Below are positions 26,383 through 34,831 of a stretch of DNA of 64,000 bases, piece after piece. The stretch is from Oscillospiraceae bacterium. GTDB taxonomy: Bacteria; Bacillota; Clostridia; Oscillospirales; Oscillospiraceae. The DNA lies in contig JAISJH010000068.1 in the NCBI GenBank assembly GCA_031261635.1, positions 221-64,220 on the forward strand, written 5' to 3'. The first letter of the stretch is position 1. The number at the start of each line of letters is the position of its first letter. The position numbers and the translations under genes were made by a program. The notes below the pieces were generated by a model, which was not told the origin of the DNA, made no database searches, and was given only the letters and a program-made list of their open reading frames with translations.

Positions 26383-26602
26383 CAGGCCATATTTCCTCCA
26401 ATGCTATACATTCAGAACTTGGTGTTCGGCTTCCTTCCTCAATAGATTCCCACATACCCGGTATGGATTTGAGGTAATCCGTGTCGTCGTCGATAGTAGC
26501 CGGGTCATTATAGACCAGCGCGTCAATATAACCGAGAACGCGCCGCGCTAAAGGTTCCGGGAGCGTGGTTATCCGATTGATACATATTTCCTGAACTGTC
26601 AT
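26369..26602 (-). CDS. putative antitoxin of the YoeB-like toxin
   Basis: 77-aa acidic protein overlapping the toxin start by 14 nt. It is not a canonical YefM/Phd sequence. TLPEPLARRVLGYIDAL resembles the DUF2281-like antitoxin at 942-1139. Confidence 0.5.
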   Translation of the reverse strand: MTVQEICINRITTLPEPLARRVLGYIDALVYNDPATIDDDTDYLKSIPGMWESIEEGSRTPSSECIALEEIWPDVLH

Positions 26603-26690
26603 AAAGATACCTCCATAACTTCGCTACTGTAGTTTTATTATAAGTATAACATATATCAGCCGCTTTCGCAAGAGGAAAGTGTATTAGTTA

Positions 26691-27425
26691 ACAGTTATCA
26701 AATATCAAATATCAGAGACGGAATTACAAATAACAGTTAACAAATATCAGATATCAGAGACGAGAGTTTGGACGAGGGTTGCGTCCTGCGGGAGGCACCC
26801 CCCGCGCTTGCGGGCGGCACGTGCGCTCTCTAAAGAGGGGGGCTTTGGAGGGCAGGACGTAGGGGCGGGTTTCAAACCCGCCCTCCCCCGCGCCGTGCGC
26901 GGGGTGCGCCGGAACGGCGACCTCCCCCGTCCCGGCGCACCGTCATTGCGAGCCGCGCGAAGCAATCCAAGCCCAATACCTACGTCCAGCCCCCGTCCAC
27001 CGTCCCGGCGCGTCCACCGTCCCGGCGCCGTGCGCCGTCTTTGCGAAGCACCGGTAAGCTCGCGATACGTAGGGCGTTACAGGTGCGAAGCAATCCAGTG
27101 CCGGGGGGAAAACATACGTCGTATCGCAGGGTACTACGTCAACCCTGGATTGCTTCGCCGCATATCAATGGTACGTATCGCAAGTGCGGTGGCGGCTCGC
27201 AATGACGGGCAGGGCGAAGCCCTGCCCTGTCCCGGCGCATTGCGCCGGGACGGTGGACGGGGTTACGCCCGCGCACTGCGCGGGGTTGGGCGGGTTTCGC
27301 ACCCGCCCCTACGTAGCCCCGTCCAATCCCCGTCCAACCCCCGTCCAATCCCCGTCCTATTCCCCTCTTGGGAGGGGTGCCCCCGCAGGTGCGGGGTGGT
27401 TTTCCCGCGCCGTGCGCGGCCAATT
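26691..27425. repeat. composite intergenic mosaic repeat (largest copy, about 735 bp)
   Basis: Terminal modules at 26691-26720 and 26733-26762, GGGGCGGGTTTCAAACCCGCCC, GTCATTGCGAGCCGCGCGAAGCAATCCAAGCCC, the GTCTTTGCGAAGC...CAATCCAGTGCCGG...CTGGATTGCTTCGCC palindrome, GGGCAGGGCGAAGCCCTGCCC, and CCCGGCGCATTGCGCCGGG. The 299-aa track ORF here is R/P/G-rich and spurious. Confidence 0.9.
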
Positions 27426-27447
27426 TCGACAAATATGGAAAGTACAC

Positions 27448-27476
27448 TTGACATTTGCAAACGCGTATGTTATAAT
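27448..27476 (+). promoter_or_regulatory. sigma-A promoter of the HTH / DUF2178-like operon
   Basis: TTGACA 27448-27453, 17-nt spacer, TATAAT 27471-27476. Confidence 0.7.
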
Positions 27477-27512
27477 AACGGAAAGTCAACTTGTCATTGG
27501 GGGGGTGATTAC

Positions 27513-27707
27513 ACGAAAAACAGGCTTGAGGAGCTTCGCAAAGAGCGCGGAGTATTGCAGGAGCAGCTTGCGGAGGCCGTCGGCGTTTCGCGCCAAACTA
27601 TCGGCTCGCTCGAGAACGGACGCTATAATCCGTCGATTATCCTCGCGTTCAAACTCGCGCGGTATTTCAATCTGAAAATTGAGGACATATTTCTTTACAA
27701 TGAATAG
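27513..27707 (+). CDS. small XRE/Cro-family HTH regulator (YozG-like); no canonical start codon
   Basis: KNRLEELRKERGVLQEQLAEAVGVSRQTIGSLENGRYNPSIILAFKLARYFNLKIEDIF. Between the promoter and this sequence there is no in-frame ATG/GTG/TTG. An ACG at 27513 lies 4 nt after GGGGGGTGA. Confidence 0.65.
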   Translation, partial: TKNRLEELRKERGVLQEQLAEAVGVSRQTIGSLENGRYNPSIILAFKLARYFNLKIEDIFLYNE

Positions 27708-27756
27708 TTAATAGTGAATAATGAATAATTGTCGCGCTTTTGCGCGGGGAGGGACT

Positions 27757-28206
27757 ATGAAAAAGGGCAATCACGAATGGCGGAATCTGATAGTGACTAT
27801 TTTAATATGCGCCGCGATAGTAACTATTACGGTTCTTGCGGTAGGTTCCGCAACTATAAAGTATCAGACCGAGCGTCCGCCGCTGCCGCCGCTGTGGCTG
27901 CGTATCGTATCTTTCGCGATAATTGCGGGCTTTGTTATTCCGCTGTGGATTGATATTGTCCGCAGAATACTTAGACCAAAAGTTGCCAAAGAAAACGCTT
28001 TAGCCGAGAACGACGAGCGCGGACGGGCAATTGAAGCACGGGCAAGCGTGACCGCAAGCTTTCTTATGTATCACATTTTAGCTATAACCGGAATAATTTC
28101 TTTTTGGCTGGGAGAAAACAACGTTTCAGTCGCGCTGATAACCGCGGGTTTCGCGACGCAATGTGTCAAGCGACTTTGCAAGGCCTACTACAGGCGCAAG
28201 ATGTGA
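27757..28206 (+). CDS. DUF2178-like membrane protein, paralog 1 of 4
   Basis: 4 TM with the central NDERGRAIEARA motif and a C-terminal YYRRKM. ATG at 27757 follows GGAGGG. Confidence 0.6.
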   Translation: MKKGNHEWRNLIVTILICAAIVTITVLAVGSATIKYQTERPPLPPLWLRIVSFAIIAGFVIPLWIDIVRRILRPKVAKENALAENDERGRAIEARASVTASFLMYHILAITGIISFWLGENNVSVALITAGFATQCVKRLCKAYYRRKM

Positions 28207-28217
28207 GGTGCTACATA

Positions 28218-28643
28218 ATGAACAAGTTCGATAAGATGAACAAGCTCTTTCTGCTGTTGATGGTTGTGGGAAACATAGCCGCCATCGTAATAGCTAAGGC
28301 GATTTGGGGCGACAGTGAGTTTACGTTTTACATCTCAATGGCGCTCTGGCTTGCGTTCTGCATAATAACGTCGTTTGTAATCAAGCGCGTGTTCGGAAAA
28401 GTCACGGACGAGGAGCGCAAGGAAAGCCAGCTCGCGCTAACGGACGAGCGGGGGAAAAACATAAACCACCGCGCCGGAAACAGCGCGTGGATTGTCACAA
28501 TAATAATGCTGTTCGCGGGTTCGTTTCTGATTATATATAATATTGACAACGAAGCGTTAATAAAAAAGCTTCTGGGCGGGATACTGCTACTCAGCTACGC
28601 CGTGAAGGAGGTTTTTGTAATATATTATAGGAAAAGAATGTGA
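28218..28643 (+). CDS. DUF2178-like membrane protein, paralog 2 of 4
   Basis: TDERGKNINHRA motif and C-terminal YYRKRM. ATG at 28218 follows GAGGTG. Confidence 0.6.
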   Translation: MNKFDKMNKLFLLLMVVGNIAAIVIAKAIWGDSEFTFYISMALWLAFCIITSFVIKRVFGKVTDEERKESQLALTDERGKNINHRAGNSAWIVTIIMLFAGSFLIIYNIDNEALIKKLLGGILLLSYAVKEVFVIYYRKRM

Positions 28644-28649
28644 GGCGGG

Positions 28650-29339
28650 GGGAATGTGAGGCGTGGGCAACGAACGTGAGGGGGGGTAACGACTGCCGAA
28701 GCTCCGAAGTCACGCGCTACGGTCTCCTCCGTATCGGCGAAGCGCCCGCCCCCGTCATTGCGAAGCACCGGTACGCTTGCGATACGTACCCTGTTACAGG
28801 TGCGAAGCAATCCAGTGCCGGGCGGAAAACATACGTCTAACGTATCGTAGGACTACTACGTCAACCCTGGATTGCTTCGCCGCATAACAATTGTACGTAT
28901 CGCAAGTGCGGTGGCGGCTTCGCAAAGACGGACAGGGCAACGCCCTGCCCTGTCCCGGCGCAATGCGCCGGGACGTTGGACGGGGTTACGTCCGCGCACG
29001 GCGCGGGGAAACCCTGCGTAGTGCTTCCTATTGTGGATATCGCGGAGTTACGTCCGCGCACGGCGCGGGGAAACCACCCCGGCGCTACGCGCCACCCCTC
29101 CCAAGAGGGGAATTTGGACGTAGGACGCGGGGAAATGGCGTACCCTCGTCCTACCCCCGTCCTACCCCCGTCCTGCCCTCGTCCTATTCCCCTCTTGGGA
29201 GGGGTGCCGCCCGCAGGCGGCGGGGTGGTTCCCCGCGCCGCGCGGACGCAGCCAACGTCCAACCCCCCGTAATTATCAATTATTCATTATCAATTATCAA
29301 TTGTCATAACGTCTCTGATATCTGATATTTGATAACTGT
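28650..29339. repeat. composite intergenic mosaic repeat splitting the paralog array
   Basis: GTCATTGCGAAGCACCGG...CAATCCAGTGCCGG...CTGGATTGCTTCGCC...GCTTCGCAAAGAC palindrome, GGGCAACGCCCTGCCC, two CCCCTCTTGGGAGGGG hairpins, AT-rich CAATTAT heptads, and the terminal module CGTCTCTGATATCTGATATTTGATAACTGT at 29310-29339. Confidence 0.9.
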
Positions 29340-29368
29340 TAACTGTACAAAAAGGAGGTATTGCAATA

Positions 29369-29794
29369 ATGAAAAAATCGGAACTCATAAAATCTATCGT
29401 TTTCCCTGTCATATTCGGGCTTGGCTTTAGCCTTGTGGTTGTGTGGCTGTCGCGGCGGGAGTTTTCGCTTGATACTGTTTTGAGTATGGCAGTGGGTGTG
29501 CCGCTTTTTCCGGCGATATATAATATCAACAAGTACAGGCGGCTTGCTAAAGACCCCGCTAAATACGAGGACGAGCAGGCCGCCGCTACGGACGAGCGCG
29601 GCAAAGCTATAGCCCTCGCGGCCGACTCCGCGCTTTTGAAGCTGATACAAATACCCGCTGTGATACTGGTTTTTGTCGCGTACATAGTCAATACGCGGAC
29701 GCTGATGATTGTCGGCGTAACCGTCGGGACACTGGTAATAGTCATATGGCTCGGACGCTACGCGCTGCGGGCGTATTTTCGCAGGAAGATGTGA
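29369..29794 (+). CDS. DUF2178-like membrane protein, paralog 3 of 4
   Basis: TDERGKAIALAA motif and C-terminal YFRRKM. ATG follows AAGGAGG. Confidence 0.6.
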   Translation: MKKSELIKSIVFPVIFGLGFSLVVVWLSRREFSLDTVLSMAVGVPLFPAIYNINKYRRLAKDPAKYEDEQAAATDERGKAIALAADSALLKLIQIPAVILVFVAYIVNTRTLMIVGVTVGTLVIVIWLGRYALRAYFRRKM

Positions 29795-29867
29795 GGAGGC
29801 GGTACAATGAAAAGAGCCACTAGCCAAAGCAAATTTGATACTTCCCAAATTAAAGGAGGGTTTTTCA

Positions 29868-30272
29868 ATGCGGAAAACTGCTATAGCGGTATTATTAACC
29901 TGTATGGGCGCGGCCCTGTCAATTACGCTGTTCGCCTCGGGCGCGGGCGGCACGGCGGTTACAATATTTAAGATACTCGGCAATTTGCTGATGGCGGCAG
30001 GAATAATTTTGCTAATCCTGTCCATTTACAAGCGCGGGCAAAGCAAAGCCGCCCTCGAGCGCGAACGCGTCGAAACAGACGAGCGCGGTCAGGCGATAGA
30101 TAATAAATCCGGCAACTACGCGCTGTCAATAACTCACGGACTGGCGCTAATGGCGGGGCTTGCGCTGTCATTCGCAAATCAGTACGCGTCGGCTTTCGCG
30201 CTGTTCGCGGTGGTTGCGGTGAGCGGGGTTGTGAAATTGGTTTTGAGGGCGCATTATCGCGGGAAAATGTGA
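29868..30272 (+). CDS. DUF2178-like membrane protein, paralog 4 of 4
   Basis: TDERGQAIDNKS motif and C-terminal HYRGKM. ATG at 29868 follows AAGGAGGG. Confidence 0.6.
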   Translation: MRKTAIAVLLTCMGAALSITLFASGAGGTAVTIFKILGNLLMAAGIILLILSIYKRGQSKAALERERVETDERGQAIDNKSGNYALSITHGLALMAGLALSFANQYASAFALFAVVAVSGVVKLVLRAHYRGKM

Positions 30273-30305
30273 CGCGTGGGGGGGTAAACTTGCCATTGCG
30301 GGTTT

Positions 30306-31706
30306 TTACACAGCCAGCGCGCGTTCTACCGCTTCGCGTAGCTCGTCGGGTTTTGCCTTGCCCTTGGTGGATTTCATTACGGCTCCTATTATTGCCTGGG
30401 CGGCTTTTGTTTTTCCCGCTTTGTAGTCGCTTACTGCTCCGGGGTTTGCGGCTATTGCTTCGGCTATTGCGGCGGCGAGGTCTATCGCTTCGCCTGTGGA
30501 TAGTAAACCCTCGCGGTTTGCTATTGCTTCGGCGGCTTCGCCTGTTTCGAGCATTATGCCCAGTACCGTTTTAGCGTTATTCCGCGCCAGTTTGCCGCTG
30601 TCTATAAGCGCGATTAACTCTTTCAGCGCGGCGGCAGGGAAGGGTACGTCCCACAGTTCGCGTTCCACTTCTGTTGAAACGCGGCTGAACATTTGCGTCA
30701 ATATCAGATTTGCGGCGGTTTTATTTCCTCCGCCGGCCTCGAAAAATTCCGCTACGCGGCGGTATTTTGAGAGCTGTGCCGCGTCCTTCGGCGAAATGCC
30801 GAGGTCGGCAATGTAACGCGCCTCGCGAACCCTCGGAAGTTCCGGGAGTTTTGCCGTTAAACGTTCAACGTCCGCGTTAGTGAGGGCAACGGGGATTATA
30901 TCCGGCTCCGGAAAGTAGCGGTAATCGTCGGAGTTTTCCTTATCGCGGAGGCTCGAGGTAGTTTTGCCGTCGAAGCCGCGCGTTTCCTGTACGACAATCC
31001 CGCCGCCGTCCAGAATGTCCGCCTGACGCTCGTATTCGCAGGCTATCGCCGCGCGAACCGCCGTGAAGGAATTGAGGTTTTTAATCTCCGCGCGTATGCC
31101 GAGCTTTTCAGCTCCCTCCGGGCGCAGTGAGATGTTCACGTCGCAGCGCATTGAACCCTCCTGCATACGGCAGTCGGAAACGCCTATATTTCGCATTATC
31201 CCCTGTAGAATTTCGAGGTATTCGACGGCCTCGTCGGCGGAGCGTAAATCCGGCTCGGAGACAAGCTCCATAAGCGGTACGCCGCCGCGGTTGTAGTCGA
31301 TATAAATGCGTCCGCGCTCGTGTATCAGCTTCCCCGCGTCCTCCTCGAGGTGGATATGGTTCATACGTATCACGCGCCCCGAGGCAAGCTCTACCCTGCC
31401 GCCGATGCAGAGCGGAGCGTAGAGCTGCGAAGTCTGCCAGGCCTTCGGCAAATCGGGGTAGAAATAATGCTTCCTGTCCATCTTAGACAGCGGAGCTATA
31501 TCACAGCCGACCGACAAGCCCGCCTGAACGGTATACTCAACGGCCGCGCGGTTAAGGCTCGGCAACACGCCGGGGTGTCCCAGACAAACCGGGCAGACGT
31601 TAGTATTAGGCTCCTCGCCAAACTTAGCCTTGCAGGAACAAAAAAGCTTACTGTTAGTGGAAAGCTCGATATGGGTCTCTAAACCTATAACCATTTCGTA
31701 TTTCAT
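30306..31706 (-). CDS. gatB: Asp-tRNA(Asn)/Glu-tRNA(Gln) amidotransferase subunit B
   Basis: YEMVIGLETHIELST, CPVCLGHPGVLP, and a C-terminal GatB/YqeY domain. ATG at 31706 follows GAGGTAA. Confidence 0.95.
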   Translation of the reverse strand: MKYEMVIGLETHIELSTNSKLFCSCKAKFGEEPNTNVCPVCLGHPGVLPSLNRAAVEYTVQAGLSVGCDIAPLSKMDRKHYFYPDLPKAWQTSQLYAPLCIGGRVELASGRVIRMNHIHLEEDAGKLIHERGRIYIDYNRGGVPLMELVSEPDLRSADEAVEYLEILQGIMRNIGVSDCRMQEGSMRCDVNISLRPEGAEKLGIRAEIKNLNSFTAVRAAIACEYERQADILDGGGIVVQETRGFDGKTTSSLRDKENSDDYRYFPEPDIIPVALTNADVERLTAKLPELPRVREARYIADLGISPKDAAQLSKYRRVAEFFEAGGGNKTAANLILTQMFSRVSTEVERELWDVPFPAAALKELIALIDSGKLARNNAKTVLGIMLETGEAAEAIANREGLLSTGEAIDLAAAIAEAIAANPGAVSDYKAGKTKAAQAIIGAVMKSTKGKAKPDELREAVERALAV

Positions 31707-31756
31707 CGTGTTACCTCTCGTGAATAGGGGGAATGTCAAATGTTTACCGCACCATT

Positions 31757-32235
31757 TTGTAGGGGCAACGCACCTTGCCTCGCCCGGATTGCGTAACCCA
31801 CGTCCAAACCCCTATCCCCTCTGTGGAGGGGTGCCGCCCGCAGGCGGCGGGGTGGTTTCCCGGCGCCGTGCGCCGTCTTTGCGAGCGCCGGGAAACTAAA
31901 CATACAATCAAGGTATAGGCGCGAAGCAATCCAGTGCCGGGAGCGTAACATACGTATCTGCGGACTGCGGCACTGGATTGCTTCGCGCCTATACATACTA
32001 CGTATCGCAAGTGCGGCGGCGCTCGCAAAGACGGCGCACGGCGCCGGGACGGAGGGCTGGACGAAGGCCTGGACGGCGCACGGCGCCGGGACGGGGGAAA
32101 CCACCCCGCCGCCTGCGGGCGGCACCCCTCCACAGAGGGGATAGGGGTTTGGACGGCGCACGGCGCCGGGACGCGATTTCAGTTAACAATTAACAGTGAA
32201 CAGTGAATAATTACGGGGGTTTGGACGGGGAAACG
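31757..32235. repeat. long near-palindromic mosaic repeat inside the gat operon
   Basis: Left arm CCCCTATCCCCTCTGTGGAGGGGTGCCGCCCGCAGGCGGCGGGGTGGTTTCCCGGCGCCGTGCGCCGTCTTTGCGAGCGCC. It is mirrored by GGCGCTCGCAAAGACGGCGCACGGCGCCGGGA...GAAACCACCCCGCCGCCTGCGGGCGGCACCCCTCCACAGAGGGGATAGGGG. The centre is at CAATCCAGTGCCGG...CCGCACTGGATTG, about 31965. Confidence 0.9.
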
Positions 32236-32247
32236 TACCCGCTGTAA

Positions 32248-33006
32248 TTATTCATTATTACCAATCGCCGCCGTCTCTATTTTACTTTTCAAAAACTCCG
32301 CGTCCGCCGTATAGAACCTGTCGCGGGCTATTAGTTTTCCCTCCGCGTTATATAGGCGTATACCGCGCGTTTCGCGGTTTTTACCTTTTCGGCGAATTTC
32401 GTTTTCCGGGAGTTCTATTTTCGCGATTGAGCTGTAGGCTATAGTCCAGCGGTTTATTACGTAGTAGTTTTCAGTAAAAATCGGGGAATGACCGTAGAGT
32501 TTTATGCTTGCGGAGCTGAATACAAAGACGCAGAGATTGGCTATGCCCAAACCCTCCGAGCCGGGGACTGACAGCAGGGAGAAAAAATTCGCGAGTATCA
32601 TAAGAACCAGCAGAGGGGGTACAATCTTATACGCCGCGTCGTCATTGTGAAACTGCTGTTTAGCGTCGGGAGAGCATAAAACGCCGCCATTGCTTGTTAC
32701 CGCGAGCAGTTTATCCCGAAGCTCACGCGCGGTTTTAAGCGTTAGATAGAGCAGTACGAACGCCAGAGCGGCCTCAACAATCAGCACGGGCGTTGAACTT
32801 AAATACGCGTAAAACGAAAACTCGCGTACCTGCATTATATACGATAACGGGCGCGAAACCGCGAGCCACACAATAGGAGCTACCATTAAAACCCACAAAA
32901 ATTTATGCTTTCCAAAAAACGAGCGCAACACAGGCTCCGCGAAAGTTTCACTAAGATACTGGCGCGGGACGTTCTTATCCGTGCTGATATACGTTACCGG
33001 ATACAT
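32248..33006 (-). CDS. hypothetical multi-pass membrane protein embedded in the gatCAB operon
   Basis: 252 aa, about 4 TM plus a C-terminal soluble domain. Its ATG overlaps the gatA stop (TAATG), implying translational coupling. I do not recognise a family. Confidence 0.5.
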   Translation of the reverse strand: MYPVTYISTDKNVPRQYLSETFAEPVLRSFFGKHKFLWVLMVAPIVWLAVSRPLSYIMQVREFSFYAYLSSTPVLIVEAALAFVLLYLTLKTARELRDKLLAVTSNGGVLCSPDAKQQFHNDDAAYKIVPPLLVLMILANFFSLLSVPGSEGLGIANLCVFVFSSASIKLYGHSPIFTENYYVINRWTIAYSSIAKIELPENEIRRKGKNRETRGIRLYNAEGKLIARDRFYTADAEFLKSKIETAAIGNNE

Positions 33007-34436
33007 TACAGCCGCACACCTCCGTCAAGCCTCGTTAAAAACGCGCCGTCTGTTTCGCGCTCGAATTTTGCCGCCGCGTCGAGTAACTGATAATCGCGCC
33101 AGGGCGAACCGATTAACTGCATACCAATCGGCAAACCGTTTGAAAAGCCGCAGGGGACGGACAGCGCGGGCAAGCCCGTTATATTGACCGTAACCGTGCA
33201 AATATCCGTCAGATACGTTTCAACCGGGGACAGCCCCGCGCCTATTTTCAGCGCGGTAGTCGGAACCGTCGGGGTTAAAAGCATATCGCAACTGCCCAAA
33301 ATATCACCCGCGAGCTGCGAGGTTATCGCGGCCTTTAGGTTCTGCGCCTTTTTGTAATACGCGTCAAAATACCCGCTTGACAGCACGTAGGTTCCGAGCA
33401 GTATACGCCGCTGAACCTCCGCCCCGAAGCGTTCACTGCGGATTTTTGAGATGCCGTCGTCAAGGTCGCCGTAATGCTCCGCGCTGGGTCCGTAGCGCAG
33501 ACCGTCGTAGCGCCCGAGGTTAGAGGACGCTTCGGCACAGGCAAGAATGTAATACACCGGGAGCGCGTATTTTAACAGCGGGAAGGTCACGGGGACAATC
33601 TCGCAGCCTGTTTTTTCATAGATTTTCAAGGCTTCGTTTATAGCCTTTTCAACGTCCGGGGACGCTCCGTCCAGAAATTCGTGTGCAATGCCAATCCTCA
33701 ACGGACGTTCAAGCGGCGCGGCAAAAGCGGCCTTTTTAGAGGTCATATCGCGCTCGTCGAAACCGGCAATCGCGCTGAAAACGGTTCCGCAGTCCTCCGC
33801 GTTTTGAGTTATAACTCCGATTTGGTCAAGGCTCGAGGCGTAGGCAATCAGGCCGTAGCGCGATACCGCGCCGTAGGTCGGCTTTAGCCCTGTCAGTCCG
33901 CAGAAAGACGCGGGCTGGCGAACGCTACCGCCCGTATCCGAACCCAAGCTATACGCGGCAAGGTTCCCCGCGACAGCGCTCGCCGAGCCGCCGCTTGAAC
34001 CGCCCGCCACGTAATCGCGCCTGTGCGGGTTTCGCGCCGCGCCTATGCGGGACGTTTCGCAGGTTGAACCCATCGCGAACTCGTCCATATTCGCCTTGCC
34101 GAGCAGTACGGCGTTTTGAGCCTTTAAGCGCTCCCAGACAAACGCGTCATAGGCGGGTATATAACCCTCGAGCATATTGGACGCGCAGGTTGTGAGTAAA
34201 CCGGAGGTTGAAATATTGTCTTTCAAGGCGAACGGAACGCCCTCCAGTGCTTGTAATGGTTCACTCCTAGCAAGTTTAAGGTCAACAGCTTCCGCGCTTT
34301 TCAAGGCAACTTCAGGCGTTAAAGATATGTAACAGTTCAGCTCCCGTTCCCTGTCAATCGCGTCAAGATAGCTTCGCGTAAGCTCCGTGGCGGAGAGTTT
34401 TTTTCCCGTCAACAGCGCGTGTATAGTTCCAATCAT
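33006..34436 (-). CDS. gatA: Asp-tRNA(Asn)/Glu-tRNA(Gln) amidotransferase subunit A
   Basis: Amidase signature GGSSGGSASAVA with catalytic Ser/Lys context; 476 aa. It overlaps the gatC stop. Confidence 0.95.
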   Translation of the reverse strand: MIGTIHALLTGKKLSATELTRSYLDAIDRERELNCYISLTPEVALKSAEAVDLKLARSEPLQALEGVPFALKDNISTSGLLTTCASNMLEGYIPAYDAFVWERLKAQNAVLLGKANMDEFAMGSTCETSRIGAARNPHRRDYVAGGSSGGSASAVAGNLAAYSLGSDTGGSVRQPASFCGLTGLKPTYGAVSRYGLIAYASSLDQIGVITQNAEDCGTVFSAIAGFDERDMTSKKAAFAAPLERPLRIGIAHEFLDGASPDVEKAINEALKIYEKTGCEIVPVTFPLLKYALPVYYILACAEASSNLGRYDGLRYGPSAEHYGDLDDGISKIRSERFGAEVQRRILLGTYVLSSGYFDAYYKKAQNLKAAITSQLAGDILGSCDMLLTPTVPTTALKIGAGLSPVETYLTDICTVTVNITGLPALSVPCGFSNGLPIGMQLIGSPWRDYQLLDAAAKFERETDGAFLTRLDGGVRL

Positions 34437-34714
34437 AATTTCCGTACCTCCGGCGCGAAGTAGCGGCCGTCGCGGACGCGGCTTAAATCAAGAACGGCTT
34501 CGCTATCGGGCGGCTCGACGCGCGCAAAGTCCGGGCGCAGAGCCTCCAGCCCGCCCGCGCCGCCTCCGGGAGCCTCCGCGACCTCCGCGCCCGTTACCGC
34601 GTCCGCGAACGCGACTATCGCGGACATATCCTCCGACAAGGCCGCGAGCCGCTCCGGCCCGATATATAAACGCGACAGCCGCGCGATTTTCAAGAGTTCG
34701 TCAGGTGTAAGCAT
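34433..34714 (-). CDS. gatC: Asp-tRNA(Asn)/Glu-tRNA(Gln) amidotransferase subunit C
   Basis: MLTPDELLKIARLSRLYIGPERLAALSEDMSAIVAFADAV. ATG at 34714 follows AGGAGG. The track ORF start at 34762 is upstream of the SD. Confidence 0.85.
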   Translation of the reverse strand: MLTPDELLKIARLSRLYIGPERLAALSEDMSAIVAFADAVTGAEVAEAPGGGAGGLEALRPDFARVEPPDSEAVLDLSRVRDGRYFAPEVRKL

Positions 34715-34752
34715 TGCGTGGCCTCCTGTGTGTGTTTTGGCTTGGTGCTGAT

Positions 34753-34801
34753 ATTGTACCATATAGCGGGGGAAAAGTCAACCGCCCCCGTGGGGGCGGT
34801 T
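34753..34801 (-). promoter_or_regulatory. cassette-end module: GC hairpin overlapping the -35 of a sigma-A promoter (drives gatCAB)
   Basis: On the minus strand, AACCGCCCCCACGGGGGCGGTT (34801-34780) runs into TTGACT (34781-34776), a 17-nt spacer, and TACAAT (34758-34753). The same module follows the other S-layer cassettes. Confidence 0.65.
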
Positions 34802-34831
34802 GTTGTGTACTATTGATTCTCGGTTAAATAA

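Noticed and set aside
26808-27707. 299-aa ORF (plus many 60-150-aa ORFs at 93-281, 6443-6877, 12107-12710, 14080-14405, 15346-15663, 23125-23616, 24611-25107, 28861-29325, 31736-32193, 54176-54432, 55887-56310, 60580-61153 and 62310-62841) lying in the intergenic tracts
   Set aside because: These ORFs are translations of the GC-rich palindromic repeats. They are R/P/G/A-rich low-complexity sequence, occur on both strands over the same DNA, and lack an SD. Their apparent paralogy simply mirrors the DNA repeat. Only the last about 195 nt of 26808-27707 (the HTH gene) is real coding sequence.
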